The position numbers and the translations under genes were made by a program. The notes under the pieces are model-generated. The model was not told the DNA's origin, did not search any database, and was given only the letters and a program-made list of their open reading frames with translations. Positions 19,803 through 27,920 of a stretch of 32,000 nt of DNA are shown here, piece after piece. Each line of letters opens with the position of its first letter. Within the stretch, counting starts at the first letter, position 1. The stretch spans positions 630,001 through 662,000 of the forward strand of contig NZ_CP011041.1 of NCBI RefSeq assembly GCF_002310835.1, in the 5' to 3' direction. The stretch is from Pseudoalteromonas tetraodonis (lineage in GTDB: Bacteria > Pseudomonadota > Gammaproteobacteria > Enterobacterales > Alteromonadaceae).

Positions 19803-19992
19803 GAGGTGTTCCCCGAGAATGCGGTGCCGGGTGTCAGTCCTGAAACCTTGAGGTTTCAGGGCGGAAATCTGCGGTTTACCGTAGGCTTCTCGGTACATGC
19901 CGAGCTTGCACAATAGTAGACGAACAAAAATCCTGGTATAAAATTTATCGGCTCAGGGACTTAACCAAGCTCCTGCACCCCAGGGAACAAAT
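19803..19992 (-). ncRNA. ssrS: 6S RNA
   Basis: The minus strand reads AUUUGUUCCCUGGGG...AGUCCCUGAGCCGAUAAAUUUUAUACCA...GCUCGGCAUGUACCGAGAAGCCU...CCUGAAACCUCAAGGUUUCAGG...GCAUUCUCGGGGAACACCU. This matches the conserved blocks of E. coli 6S RNA as recalled (GUCCCCUGAGCCGAUAUUUCAUACCA, GCUCGG..CCGAGAAGCCU, CCUUGAACCAAGGGUUCAAGG, closing stem). The 5' and 3' ends pair (UGUUCCC/GGGAACA). Ends are approximate, within 5 nt. Confidence 0.85.
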
Positions 19993-20214
19993 TCAGTATA
20001 TAAGACATATTCCAATCCTTAAACCCCAAACGTAAAAAATTAAACCGTTCGCTCAGTTTTCCTGCAAATTTAATCTTGTATTTACTTTTAAGATTGCTTT
20101 TTGAACTTAATCAGCTTTTCAATCGCTTGCTTTTGACCTCAGTCATAGAATTCATTGGAGTTGCTTTTTATCGAGTGGTAGCATTGCTTTAATTAGCAAA
20201 GCGAAGACGTCATT

Positions 20215-20778
20215 ATGAATAACTTACCAGATTACGAAAAAGCCCAACTTCTTTTAGAGAAAAACGAAATATTTGTATCACCTGCTGAAGCGCATGGCGT
20301 TATTAGCGGCTTACTTGCTTGTGGGCTAAGCATTGACGATAAAGAATACTTAGGCTTACTGAGCGACGTATTTAATGATGGCGAGTCGTTTAGCAACGAT
20401 TTAAAACAGTTTTTTGGTAAAGTCTATCAACAAGTTGTTGAAAGTTTTAATAACGAAGAGTTTCAATTTGACTTGTTTTTACCTAGTGATGACGAAACAC
20501 TCATCGATCAAGCCAATGGGCTCGTATCATGGGTAGCTGGGTTTATGTTGGGTTTTGGCTTAAAGCAAAAAGATTATGGCAAGCTGTCGGCAGATGTAAA
20601 AGAAGTGATCAGCGACTTTAGCGAGATTACACGCCTAGATACAACCTTTGAAGAAACCGAAGAAGATAGCCAAGCACTGCATGAAGTGATTGAGTACGTA
20701 CGCGTATCGGCGTTACTGTGTTTTGCTGAACTTGGCAAAGAGCAAAACCCACAAAGCAACAAAAAAACACTGCATTAA
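20215..20778 (+). CDS. ygfB: UPF0149 family protein YgfB
   Basis: 187 aa, collinear with E. coli YgfB (AE.HG.ISG..CG, F.L.LP.DD, L..WV..F.LG.G, IEYVRV.ALLC, terminal K.TLH). Heads the conserved ygfB-pepP-ubiH-ubiI cluster. Confidence 0.88.
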   Translation: MNNLPDYEKAQLLLEKNEIFVSPAEAHGVISGLLACGLSIDDKEYLGLLSDVFNDGESFSNDLKQFFGKVYQQVVESFNNEEFQFDLFLPSDDETLIDQANGLVSWVAGFMLGFGLKQKDYGKLSADVKEVISDFSEITRLDTTFEETEEDSQALHEVIEYVRVSALLCFAELGKEQNPQSNKKTLH

Positions 20779-20814
20779 TTTAGCAATACAACAAAAGTAA
20801 TGGGTTAGTTATTA

Positions 20815-22137
20815 ATGGTTGAAATACAAAAGTCAGAGTTTAAAGCGCGCCGCGAGCATTTATTGGCGGCAATGGATAGCAACAGTATTGCGATAATTCC
20901 CGCAGCAACCGAGCTCACACGTAGCCGTGATACTCATTATCCGTTTAGACAAGACAGTGACTTTTTTTACTTAACTGGTTTTAACGAACCCGATGCGGTA
21001 TTGGTGTTATGCAAAGACAGTGATACGCCTTCTATATTGTTTTGTTTAGATAAAGATAAACTTGCAGAGGTATGGCACGGCAGACGCATTGGTTTTGAAA
21101 AAGCGCAAAGTGAATACTTATTCGACAAAACTTATGCATTAAGTGAACTAAACGAACAATTATTGAATTTGGTGAACGGCCAACAGATTTTATTTTATGC
21201 ACAAGGGACGTATCCTGCCTTCGACGGCAAAGTATTTTCAATGCTTAATACTTTGCGTAGTGCCCCCAAAAAAGGCGATACAGCACCGAGTACCCTTAAA
21301 GATATTCGTCCGCTATTACACGAGATGCGCCTATTTAAATCGCCAAGTGAAATTAACATTATGCGTGAAGGCTGTGAAATAAGTGCCCGAGCACACATGC
21401 GTGCCATGCGCTTTTCCCACGTTGGCGCAATCGAGTTTCAATTAGAGGCAGAGCTTCATCATCACTATGCAATGAACGGTGCGCCATATCCAGCTTATGG
21501 CACCATTGTCGGTAGTGGCGATAACGCTAATATTTTGCACTACACCCAAAACAGCGATGTATTAAACAATGGCGACCTAGTGCTGATTGATTCAGGTTGT
21601 GAGCTACAAGGTTACGCAGCCGACATTACCCGTACTTTCCCCGTTAATGGTAAATTTAGCACCGAGCAAGCTGCGCTTTATAATATTGTGCTTAAAGCGC
21701 AAGAAGTCGCATTTAGCGAAGTAAAGCCCGGTGGCTACTTATCGCAGGCTAATAAACTCGCTATGCAAGTGCTAACCCAAGGTTTACTCGATTTAGGTAT
21801 TTTAACCGGCGACTTTGATGAGCTAATGGCGCAAGGAGCCTGTAAAGAATACTACATGCATGGTCTTGGCCATTGGTTAGGACTCGATGTTCACGATGTA
21901 GGTGGTTACAAGGTTAATAACCAAGAGCGTGCTTTTGAACCTGGTATGGTACTGACCATTGAACCTGGGCTTTATATTAATAAAGATTCAAACGCACCCA
22001 AAAAATACCAAGGCATAGGTATTCGTATTGAAGATAACTTATTAGTAACTGAGTCTGGTCACGAAAACTTAACGATTACCGTGCCTAAAAAAATTAGCGA
22101 AATAGAAGCGTTAATGCAAAGCGCTAAAAACGCATAA
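20815..22137 (+). CDS. pepP: Xaa-Pro aminopeptidase PepP
   Basis: 440 aa. N-terminal AMP_N domain (YPFRQDSDFFYLTGF.EP). M24 metal ligands are present (LIDSGCE..GYAADITRT, HGLGHWLGLDVHD, EPG, IRIEDN). Confidence 0.92.
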   Translation: MVEIQKSEFKARREHLLAAMDSNSIAIIPAATELTRSRDTHYPFRQDSDFFYLTGFNEPDAVLVLCKDSDTPSILFCLDKDKLAEVWHGRRIGFEKAQSEYLFDKTYALSELNEQLLNLVNGQQILFYAQGTYPAFDGKVFSMLNTLRSAPKKGDTAPSTLKDIRPLLHEMRLFKSPSEINIMREGCEISARAHMRAMRFSHVGAIEFQLEAELHHHYAMNGAPYPAYGTIVGSGDNANILHYTQNSDVLNNGDLVLIDSGCELQGYAADITRTFPVNGKFSTEQAALYNIVLKAQEVAFSEVKPGGYLSQANKLAMQVLTQGLLDLGILTGDFDELMAQGACKEYYMHGLGHWLGLDVHDVGGYKVNNQERAFEPGMVLTIEPGLYINKDSNAPKKYQGIGIRIEDNLLVTESGHENLTITVPKKISEIEALMQSAKNA

Positions 22138-22151
22138 GCTTGGAGATAAAA

Positions 22152-23339
22152 GTGGCTAAGCAGTTTGATATTGTAGTAATTGGTGGTGGTTTAGTCGGCG
22201 CAAGTTGTGCTCTAAGTATAAGTAAAAAAAATCCCAGCTTAAATATTGCTGTAATTGAAGCAAATCAAGTAACCACTGATTATCATCCAAGCTTTGATGA
22301 CAGAAGTATCGCACTTGCCCAGCAGTCGGTAGAGTATTTACAAAGCCTCAATTTATTTGAAATGAACGCTCCCTATGCTGCGGCCATAAAAAAAGTCAGT
22401 GTGTCAGACAAAGGGCACTTTGGTAAAACCCATATACACAGTGATGAGTTTACAAAACCCTCATTAGGTTATGTGGTAGAGGTAAACCCATTTGGCAGAG
22501 CGCTGCATCAGCGTTTAATGCAATCAAACATATCGCTTTTTTGCCCAGATAGCGTAACAGCGATAAAACAAAACGCCGATAGTAATGAACTTACACTACA
22601 AAGTGGTGAAAAACTGAGTGCCAAGCTGTTGGTGATTGCCGACGGTGCACAGTCGCCAACTCGTAATTTATTGGGGCTCGGCTTCAATACCCAGCCTTAT
22701 GAACAAGGTGCGATTATTGCCAATATAGAAGTCGCTGGTGGGCACCATCATCAGGCGTTTGAGCGGTTTACCCAAAATGGGCCAATGGCTTTATTACCCA
22801 TGAGTAATAACCGCTATTCGTTAGTATGGTGTATGCGCCAAGAGCATATTGAGCAGTATATGTCGCTAAGTGAACCAGACTTTATAAGTGCGCTGCAAAC
22901 TGCCTTTGGTTATCGTGCAGGACAGTTTATAAAAGTCGGTATGCGCGCTAGTTACCCTCTAGTTTATGGGCAAATAGAATCGTTAACGACGCACCGCACA
23001 GTGGTGATAGGCAACGCGGCACATGCCATTCATCCTATTGCAGGCCAAGGCTTTAATTTAGGGCTGCGCGACGTACAAGTGCTTAGTGACTTAATAGCAA
23101 ACAGTGAACACGATTTAGGTAGTTATGCCTTTACCCGTCAATATTCAATTAAGCGCAGTGATGATATAAACACCGTAATGACATTGACCGATGCCTTGGT
23201 TCGACTTTTTTCAAACTCATCACGGGTGTTAGCGCTTGGTCGTAGTATTGGGCTATTTTCAATGGATTTATTCCCCGCATTCAAAGCCCCATTGGCTAAA
23301 CAGTTAATGGGACAAGTTAAACAAGGTACACGTTTATGA
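22152..23339 (+). CDS. ubiH: 2-octaprenyl-6-methoxyphenol hydroxylase UbiH (FAD-dependent)
   Basis: GxGxxG motif VVIGGGLVGAS. DGA.SPTR, ERFTQ.GP.A.LPM and GNAAH.IHPIAGQGFNLG.RD are collinear with E. coli UbiH. The ORF track starts at TTG 22140. GTG 22152 is preferred because GGAG at 22142-22145 sits 6 nt upstream of it. Confidence 0.88.
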   Translation: MAKQFDIVVIGGGLVGASCALSISKKNPSLNIAVIEANQVTTDYHPSFDDRSIALAQQSVEYLQSLNLFEMNAPYAAAIKKVSVSDKGHFGKTHIHSDEFTKPSLGYVVEVNPFGRALHQRLMQSNISLFCPDSVTAIKQNADSNELTLQSGEKLSAKLLVIADGAQSPTRNLLGLGFNTQPYEQGAIIANIEVAGGHHHQAFERFTQNGPMALLPMSNNRYSLVWCMRQEHIEQYMSLSEPDFISALQTAFGYRAGQFIKVGMRASYPLVYGQIESLTTHRTVVIGNAAHAIHPIAGQGFNLGLRDVQVLSDLIANSEHDLGSYAFTRQYSIKRSDDINTVMTLTDALVRLFSNSSRVLALGRSIGLFSMDLFPAFKAPLAKQLMGQVKQGTRL

Positions 23340-24502
23340 AACAAGTACAGGTTTGTATAGTGGGTGGTGGCTGCGTAGGTTTAACGCTGGCGCTAGGGCT
23401 TGCTAAAGCGAATATCAGTGTGGTTGTGTTAGATGCAGCGCCAACTCAAGCTCCACCGAGCGATGACTATGGTTTACGTGTAAGCGCATTGAGTATTGCC
23501 AGCCAAACTTTGCTCGAGCAGTTAAATGTATGGCCACACATAATAGCTGAGCGTGCTTGTGCTTATACGCACATGGATGTACGCGATGCCGATAGCTTTG
23601 GAAAAATAGCCTTTAATAACGAGCAACTTGAGCTTGAGCATTTAGGCCACATTGTTGAAAACGATATTATTCGCTTTACACTAATAAAAGAGCTTGAGCA
23701 GCAAAGTAATGCCACACTCATGTTTAATACCGAGTATCAGCAAATACACCAAAGCGAGTCTGATGTATTTATTAATTTAAAAACTGGCGAACCTATTATT
23801 GCTAAGTTGCTGGTGGCGGCTGATGGTGCAAATTCAGCGATTCGTAAACAGTTTAATATGGCGCTGAGCTTTAAAGATTACGATCACCATGCGTTAGTAG
23901 CGACAGTTAAAACCAAAGAGTCACATGCAAATACCGCACGCCAAGTGTTTTTACCTACAGGGCCGCTAGCGTTCTTGCCATTGAGCGATGAGCATACTCA
24001 TTCAATTGTGTGGTCTACCAGCCCTAATCATTGTGATGAATTGTTAGCAATGGACGACACCACTTTTAATAAAGCAGTTATGGCTGCAATAGATGGCCAA
24101 TGCGGTTTATGTGAAGTGCAAAGTAAGCGCGTCGCGTTCCCACTTAAAATGCGTTACGCCCAACAATGGGTAAATGGCAACGTGGTGCTAATGGGCGATG
24201 CAGCGCATACCATTCATCCATTAGCAGGGCTGGGTATGAACCTAGGTCTAAAAGATGCGGCTTATTTAATCGAGCTACTAAGTCAAGACGCCAAAGAATT
24301 TGCAAGTACTCGCACACTGCGTGATTACGAGCGCACCCGTAAGCTCGACGCACAAAAACACATCGCCATGATGCAAGGGCTAAAAGAGCTATTTGAAGGT
24401 GCAAACCCGGTTAAAAAGCTGATTCGTGGAGTAGGGCTTTCGTTAGTTGATAACTTGGGCCCAATCAAACACCTATTCGCTAAAGAAGCGATAGGGAAGT
24501 GA
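23336..24502 (+). CDS. ubiI: 2-octaprenylphenol hydroxylase UbiI (VisC)
   Basis: 388 aa. IVGGGCVGL, HLGHIVEN, ADGANS, HHALVATV, LAFLPLSD and GDAAHTIHPLAG.G.NLG are collinear with E. coli UbiI. The start overlaps the ubiH stop (ATGA). Confidence 0.85.
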   Translation: MKQVQVCIVGGGCVGLTLALGLAKANISVVVLDAAPTQAPPSDDYGLRVSALSIASQTLLEQLNVWPHIIAERACAYTHMDVRDADSFGKIAFNNEQLELEHLGHIVENDIIRFTLIKELEQQSNATLMFNTEYQQIHQSESDVFINLKTGEPIIAKLLVAADGANSAIRKQFNMALSFKDYDHHALVATVKTKESHANTARQVFLPTGPLAFLPLSDEHTHSIVWSTSPNHCDELLAMDDTTFNKAVMAAIDGQCGLCEVQSKRVAFPLKMRYAQQWVNGNVVLMGDAAHTIHPLAGLGMNLGLKDAAYLIELLSQDAKEFASTRTLRDYERTRKLDAQKHIAMMQGLKELFEGANPVKKLIRGVGLSLVDNLGPIKHLFAKEAIGK

Positions 24503-24546
24503 TAAAGACAAGCGGTCAGTTTTTAGCTGTCAGCTTTCAGCCAAAG

Positions 24547-24581
24547 AAAAACCGATGTTTAGTTTAAGCATCGGTTTTTTT
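24547..24581. terminator. bidirectional intrinsic terminator between ubiI and the esterase gene
   Basis: AAAAACCGATG-(11 nt loop)-CATCGGTTTTTTT, flanked by an A-run and a T-run, between convergent genes. Confidence 0.75.
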
Positions 24582-24662
24582 ATAGGCTAATGCTTTCTTT
24601 AGTGTATGCGTACAGCTTGCTGACGCGACGAGCAAAGCTCGTAATGCTTTTAAATTAATGAG

Positions 24663-25862
24663 CTACAAATTTTCTTGTGCTTCATTCACCATATCTTGCA
24701 GTGCATCGATTAACAATGGGTCACGCGAGTTCTGTTTAGCAAGTTCTAGTGCGTGTTTCATACTAGTGAATGCCTCTTTGAACTGTTTATTAGCAGTGTA
24801 GCCTTGCGATAATCGCATGTGAGAGTAAGCAGCATTAGGGTAATCGTTAGTAAAGTGTTTTAGTGTTGAAATAGCTTTTTTAGTGTTACCAAACTCTTGC
24901 TGGCTGTGGGCAAATTCTACGTACACATCTTGTGGAATTTTAAGCTCAAATCCGTACTTATCACTAAGTGCTTGGTAGTAACCGGTAATCAATGATACAT
25001 CTGCAAATTTTCCGTGCTCGTCAGTCACTTTAAATATTAGGTCGCTAAATAAGTGAATTAGGCTATCGCTAAGTGCTGGAAGTATGGTGCCCATATGAGT
25101 AAAAGTGGGATAATGCTTATATTCCCATTTTAGCTGTGTGGGCATTTGTTGCTCTAAATTTACTAAAGTATTTAATACGCCGGTATAAAAGCGTGCGCCT
25201 TCACTTGCAACACTAATAAATAACGCTTGAGCGCCTTTGGTGTTTTTAGTGTATTTAATAATATTACTTTTTAACTCTTCATCACTCCACCAACTATTTG
25301 GGCTTATAGCGATGTAGTTGTTAAATAGTGCCGGTTGATTAACTAAAGTATAAAGCGCTAATGTACCAGCATTAGAATGACCAATTAAGGTGTTGTAACC
25401 ATTAGTTGGGTAGTTGCTATTTATATAGGGCATGAGCTCATCAGACACAAACTTTAAAAAATTATCGGTTTGCCCTGCGTCAGGCCATTTATTTTTAACA
25501 AAGGTTTGAAACTCCGTTTTAGGCTCACCTTGTACTTTTGGTAAGTAATCACGAACGCGGTTGGTTGTATCAATAGCAACAAGCATTGCATTAGGTATCT
25601 GCTCGTAATCAACAAGGGATTTTATAACGCCAGACGCCGTATGAAAGTGCTCAACACCATCAAGTAAATAAATAACATAGAGCGGCTGATCGTCTTTTAC
25701 ATTGTCAGGTATGAATATTCTGATAGGTCTGTCTTCGTTAAGTATTTTTGATTGTAGAATGACCTTTTTACCCACGGTTATGTCGGTTGTAGCGGTGTCT
25801 GCATAGCTTAAAATAGGTGTACTAAAAGTAAGTATTAACACAAGCGATAGTAAAAGCTTCAT
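24663..25862 (-). CDS. secreted alpha/beta-hydrolase (putative esterase family) with C-terminal TPR-like helical domain
   Basis: 399 aa. Signal peptide MKLLLSLVLILTFSTPILSYA. Nucleophile elbow LIGHSNAG (GxSxG). The C-terminal 100 aa or so are helical repeats (AYSHMRLSQGYTANKQFKEAFTSMKHALELA). Substrate unknown. Confidence 0.75.
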   Translation of the reverse strand: MKLLLSLVLILTFSTPILSYADTATTDITVGKKVILQSKILNEDRPIRIFIPDNVKDDQPLYVIYLLDGVEHFHTASGVIKSLVDYEQIPNAMLVAIDTTNRVRDYLPKVQGEPKTEFQTFVKNKWPDAGQTDNFLKFVSDELMPYINSNYPTNGYNTLIGHSNAGTLALYTLVNQPALFNNYIAISPNSWWSDEELKSNIIKYTKNTKGAQALFISVASEGARFYTGVLNTLVNLEQQMPTQLKWEYKHYPTFTHMGTILPALSDSLIHLFSDLIFKVTDEHGKFADVSLITGYYQALSDKYGFELKIPQDVYVEFAHSQQEFGNTKKAISTLKHFTNDYPNAAYSHMRLSQGYTANKQFKEAFTSMKHALELAKQNSRDPLLIDALQDMVNEAQENL

Positions 25863-26058
25863 AAATATCCTTATTAAATAATGTGTTGCTCAATAATTGC
25901 ACGGCTTTAGGTTTGAGTAAATGTTTATATTTTAGAAGCAAATGTAGAGCTTAAATAATTTAAAGCTATGCTTTTCAAGCTCGGCGTCTACCTCGTAAAT
26001 ATTAAACACTTATCTTGATTTTACTTATTGATATAAAGGGAGCATCCAATAATCTCTT

Positions 26059-26109
26059 CCCGAACCCCGAACCCCGAACCCCGAACCCCGAACCCCGAAC
26101 CCCGAACCC
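26059..26109. repeat. heptanucleotide microsatellite (CCCGAAC)x7.3, equivalently (CCCCGAA)n; minus strand (GGGGTTC)n
   Basis: Counted directly. There are seven perfect CCCGAAC units at 26059-26107 plus CC. This gives eight G-runs of 3-4 nt separated by TTC on the minus strand. Confidence 0.98.
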
Positions 26110-26144
26110 TTTAACGCTTATCTATTAAAGCTTAAAAAACCTGC

Positions 26145-26173
26145 TTGCTTAATTATCCTACTAAGCGTAAAAT
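26145..26173 (+). promoter_or_regulatory. candidate sigma70 promoter of the rpsF operon
   Basis: TTGCTT-N17-TAAAAT followed by the GC-rich discriminator GCGCGCTC, as in stringently controlled ribosomal-protein promoters. Confidence 0.5.
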
Positions 26174-26179
26174 GCGCGC

Positions 26180-26265
26180 TCATTTCGGCTTTTAAACTAT
26201 TAATTCCTTGCCTTAAACCGACCGGCCGAAACGGTAGAAGGCTCTATTAACCGTAAGGAATATCC
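26180..26265 (+). promoter_or_regulatory. structured rpsF 5' leader (candidate S6:S18 autoregulatory element)
   Basis: TTTCGGC (26183-26189) pairs with GCCGAAA (26225-26231). ATTCCTT (26203-26209) pairs with AAGGAAT (26255-26261), which contains the Shine-Dalgarno sequence 5 nt before the ATG. Confidence 0.4.
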
Positions 26266-26607
26266 ATGCGTCATTACGAAATCGTATTCATGGTTCACCC
26301 TGATCAGAGTGAGCAAGTATCTGGTATGATCGAACGTTATACTGGTTCTATCACTGAAGCTGGTGGTACTATCCACCGTCTTGAAGACTGGGGCCGTCGT
26401 CAACTGGCTTACCCAATCAACAAGCTTCATAAAGCTCATTATGTTCTTATGAACGTTGAAGCACCAACTGAAGTAATCAGCGAGCTAGAAACTACTTTCC
26501 GCTACAACGATGCAGTGCTTCGTAACTTAGTTATGCGTACTAAAAACGCTGTAACTGAAGCGTCTCCTCTTGTAAGAGAAGAGAAGAAAGAAGCACCAGC
26601 TGCTTAA
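26266..26607 (+). CDS. rpsF: 30S ribosomal protein S6
   Basis: [18 protein letters not shown]...[23 protein letters not shown], with an acidic C-terminal tail. Confidence 0.96.
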   Translation: MRHYEIVFMVHPDQSEQVSGMIERYTGSITEAGGTIHRLEDWGRRQLAYPINKLHKAHYVLMNVEAPTEVISELETTFRYNDAVLRNLVMRTKNAVTEASPLVREEKKEAPAA

Positions 26608-26650
26608 TTGTTTTGAGTCCTAGCATGGCACGTAGTCAGCAGTTACTATA

Positions 26651-26968
26651 ATGGTTAGCCCATATACGAATCAGCTGGTTATATCGGGGGTTGTTTGTAA
26701 AACACCCAAGTTTAGCCAAAGCCCCGCGGGCATACCGCATTGTATTTTTGTTGTAGAACATAAATCAATGCAAGTTGAAGCAGATCTTAACCGTAATAGT
26801 TATGTGAGGCTTCAGGTAGTTGCCAGTGGTAAGCAAATGCAACAACAGACTCAACATTTGCACGTTGGGCAGGCATTGCAAGTGAGTGGTTTTTTAAATC
26901 GCCACGAAGGTCGTAACGGCCTTAGCCAATTGGTTTTGCATGCTCAGCATATAGAAAGAATTATTTGA
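26651..26968 (+). CDS. priB: primosomal replication protein N (PriB)
   Basis: 105 aa OB-fold. N.LV.SG.VC..P....SP.GIPHC.FV.EH.S.Q.EA matches E. coli PriB. Sits in the conserved rpsF-priB-rpsR position. Confidence 0.9.
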   Translation: MVSPYTNQLVISGVVCKTPKFSQSPAGIPHCIFVVEHKSMQVEADLNRNSYVRLQVVASGKQMQQQTQHLHVGQALQVSGFLNRHEGRNGLSQLVLHAQHIERII

Positions 26969-26980
26969 GGAATTAATCTC

Positions 26981-27208
26981 ATGGCACGTTATTTCAGACG
27001 TCGTAAGTTCTGCCGCTTTAAAGCGGAAGGCGTACAACAAATCGATTACAAAGATCTAGCTACTCTTAGAAACTATGTTACAGAAAGTGGCAAAATCGTA
27101 CCTAGCCGTATCACAGGTACTAGCGCTAAATACCAGCGCCAGCTAGCAACTGCTATTAAGCGTGCTCGCTACTTAGCCCTTCTTCCATACACTGACTTAC
27201 ATAAGTAA
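26981..27208 (+). CDS. rpsR: 30S ribosomal protein S18
   Basis: [13 protein letters not shown]...IDYKD...[37 protein letters not shown]. Confidence 0.96.
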
Positions 27209-27244
27209 GCAGCGGATTAACACGTTTTTAAAAGGTGTAGAAAC

Positions 27245-27697
27245 ATGCAAGTTATTCTACTAGATAAGATCGCTAACCTAGGTGGCCTAGGTGACCAGGT
27301 TGTTGTTAAATCTGGCTTCGCACGTAACTTCCTTTTCCCACAAGGTAAGGCAGTTCCTGCAACTAAAGCAAACATTGAAACGTTTGACGCACGTCGCGCA
27401 GAACTAGAAGCAAAAATCGCTGAACAGTTAACTGCAGCACAAGCACGCGCTGACAAACTTGAAGCATTAGCAGAAGTTACATTAGTATCTAAAGCTGGTG
27501 ATGAAGGTAAATTATTCGGTTCAATCGGTACTCGTGACATCGCTGACGCTATCTCAGCTGTTGGTGTTGAAGTTGCTAAATCAGAAGTTCGTTTACCTCT
27601 AGGTACTATCCGTGAGACTGGCGAATTTGACGTTGCAATCGCAGTACACTCAGACGTAACAGCTACTATTAAAGTAATCGTTATTGCTGAAGCTTAA
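27245..27697 (+). CDS. rplI: 50S ribosomal protein L9
   Basis: [35 protein letters not shown]...F..RRAELEA; 150 aa. Confidence 0.96.
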   Translation: MQVILLDKIANLGGLGDQVVVKSGFARNFLFPQGKAVPATKANIETFDARRAELEAKIAEQLTAAQARADKLEALAEVTLVSKAGDEGKLFGSIGTRDIADAISAVGVEVAKSEVRLPLGTIRETGEFDVAIAVHSDVTATIKVIVIAEA

Positions 27698-27713
27698 TTT
27701 TTAAAATTAAGTT

Positions 27714-27743
27714 AAAAAAAACCGTGCTTTGCACGGTTTTTTT
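27714..27743 (+). terminator. intrinsic terminator of the rpsF operon
   Basis: AAAAAAAACCGTGC-TTT-GCACGGTTTTTTT. Confidence 0.85.
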
Positions 27744-27847
27744 GTATCTAAAATTTATAACCCAAAGTAATAAATTGTTTGTTGTGGATTAAATCAAACA
27801 CTTTTCTAAGTTAAACCTTTATTTTCAAAAAAAATTTTATTTCATTT

Positions 27848-27873
27848 AAACCTTTCTATTTCTCCTCGCGTCT
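27848..27873 (+). promoter_or_regulatory. candidate ECF-type (autoregulated) promoter
   Basis: AAAC (27848-27851), then N17, then CGTCT (27869-27873). This fits the generic ECF pattern (G)AAC-N16/17-CGTC. It lies about 48 bp upstream of the preferred sigma-factor start codon. Confidence 0.4.
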
Positions 27874-27920
27874 AATAAGTTAAATTGCAATTATATAATT
27901 ATAAACAGGAAAAATTTGCG

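Noticed and set aside
19993-20214. Possible zapA remnant between ssrS and ygfB. One minus-strand frame reads ...QAIEKLIKFKKQS-stop, vaguely like a ZapA C-terminus.
   Set aside because: The frame is closed by a TGA 4 codons upstream of that stretch, with no in-frame start codon. The similarity is too short and weak to support a pseudogene call.
26059-26109. Telomere-like reading of the heptamer, since TTCGGGG resembles ciliate TTGGGG repeats.
   Set aside because: The tract is internal to a bacterial intergenic region flanked by normal genes. The resemblance is only that both are G-rich short repeats. It is retained as a microsatellite/G4 candidate, not as a telomere.
27217-27540. 107-aa Ala/Ser-rich ORF antisense to rplI.
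   Set aside because: Its composition (runs of A, S and R) is what the reverse complement of an Ala/Glu/Lys-rich, highly expressed ribosomal-protein gene produces. It has no start context or motifs.
27783-27791. DnaA-box-like TGTGGATTA between rplI and the ECF gene, near dnaB.
   Set aside because: It is a single 8/9 match with no cluster of boxes and no AT-rich 13-mers arranged like an origin. This is not evidence for oriC or DnaA regulation.
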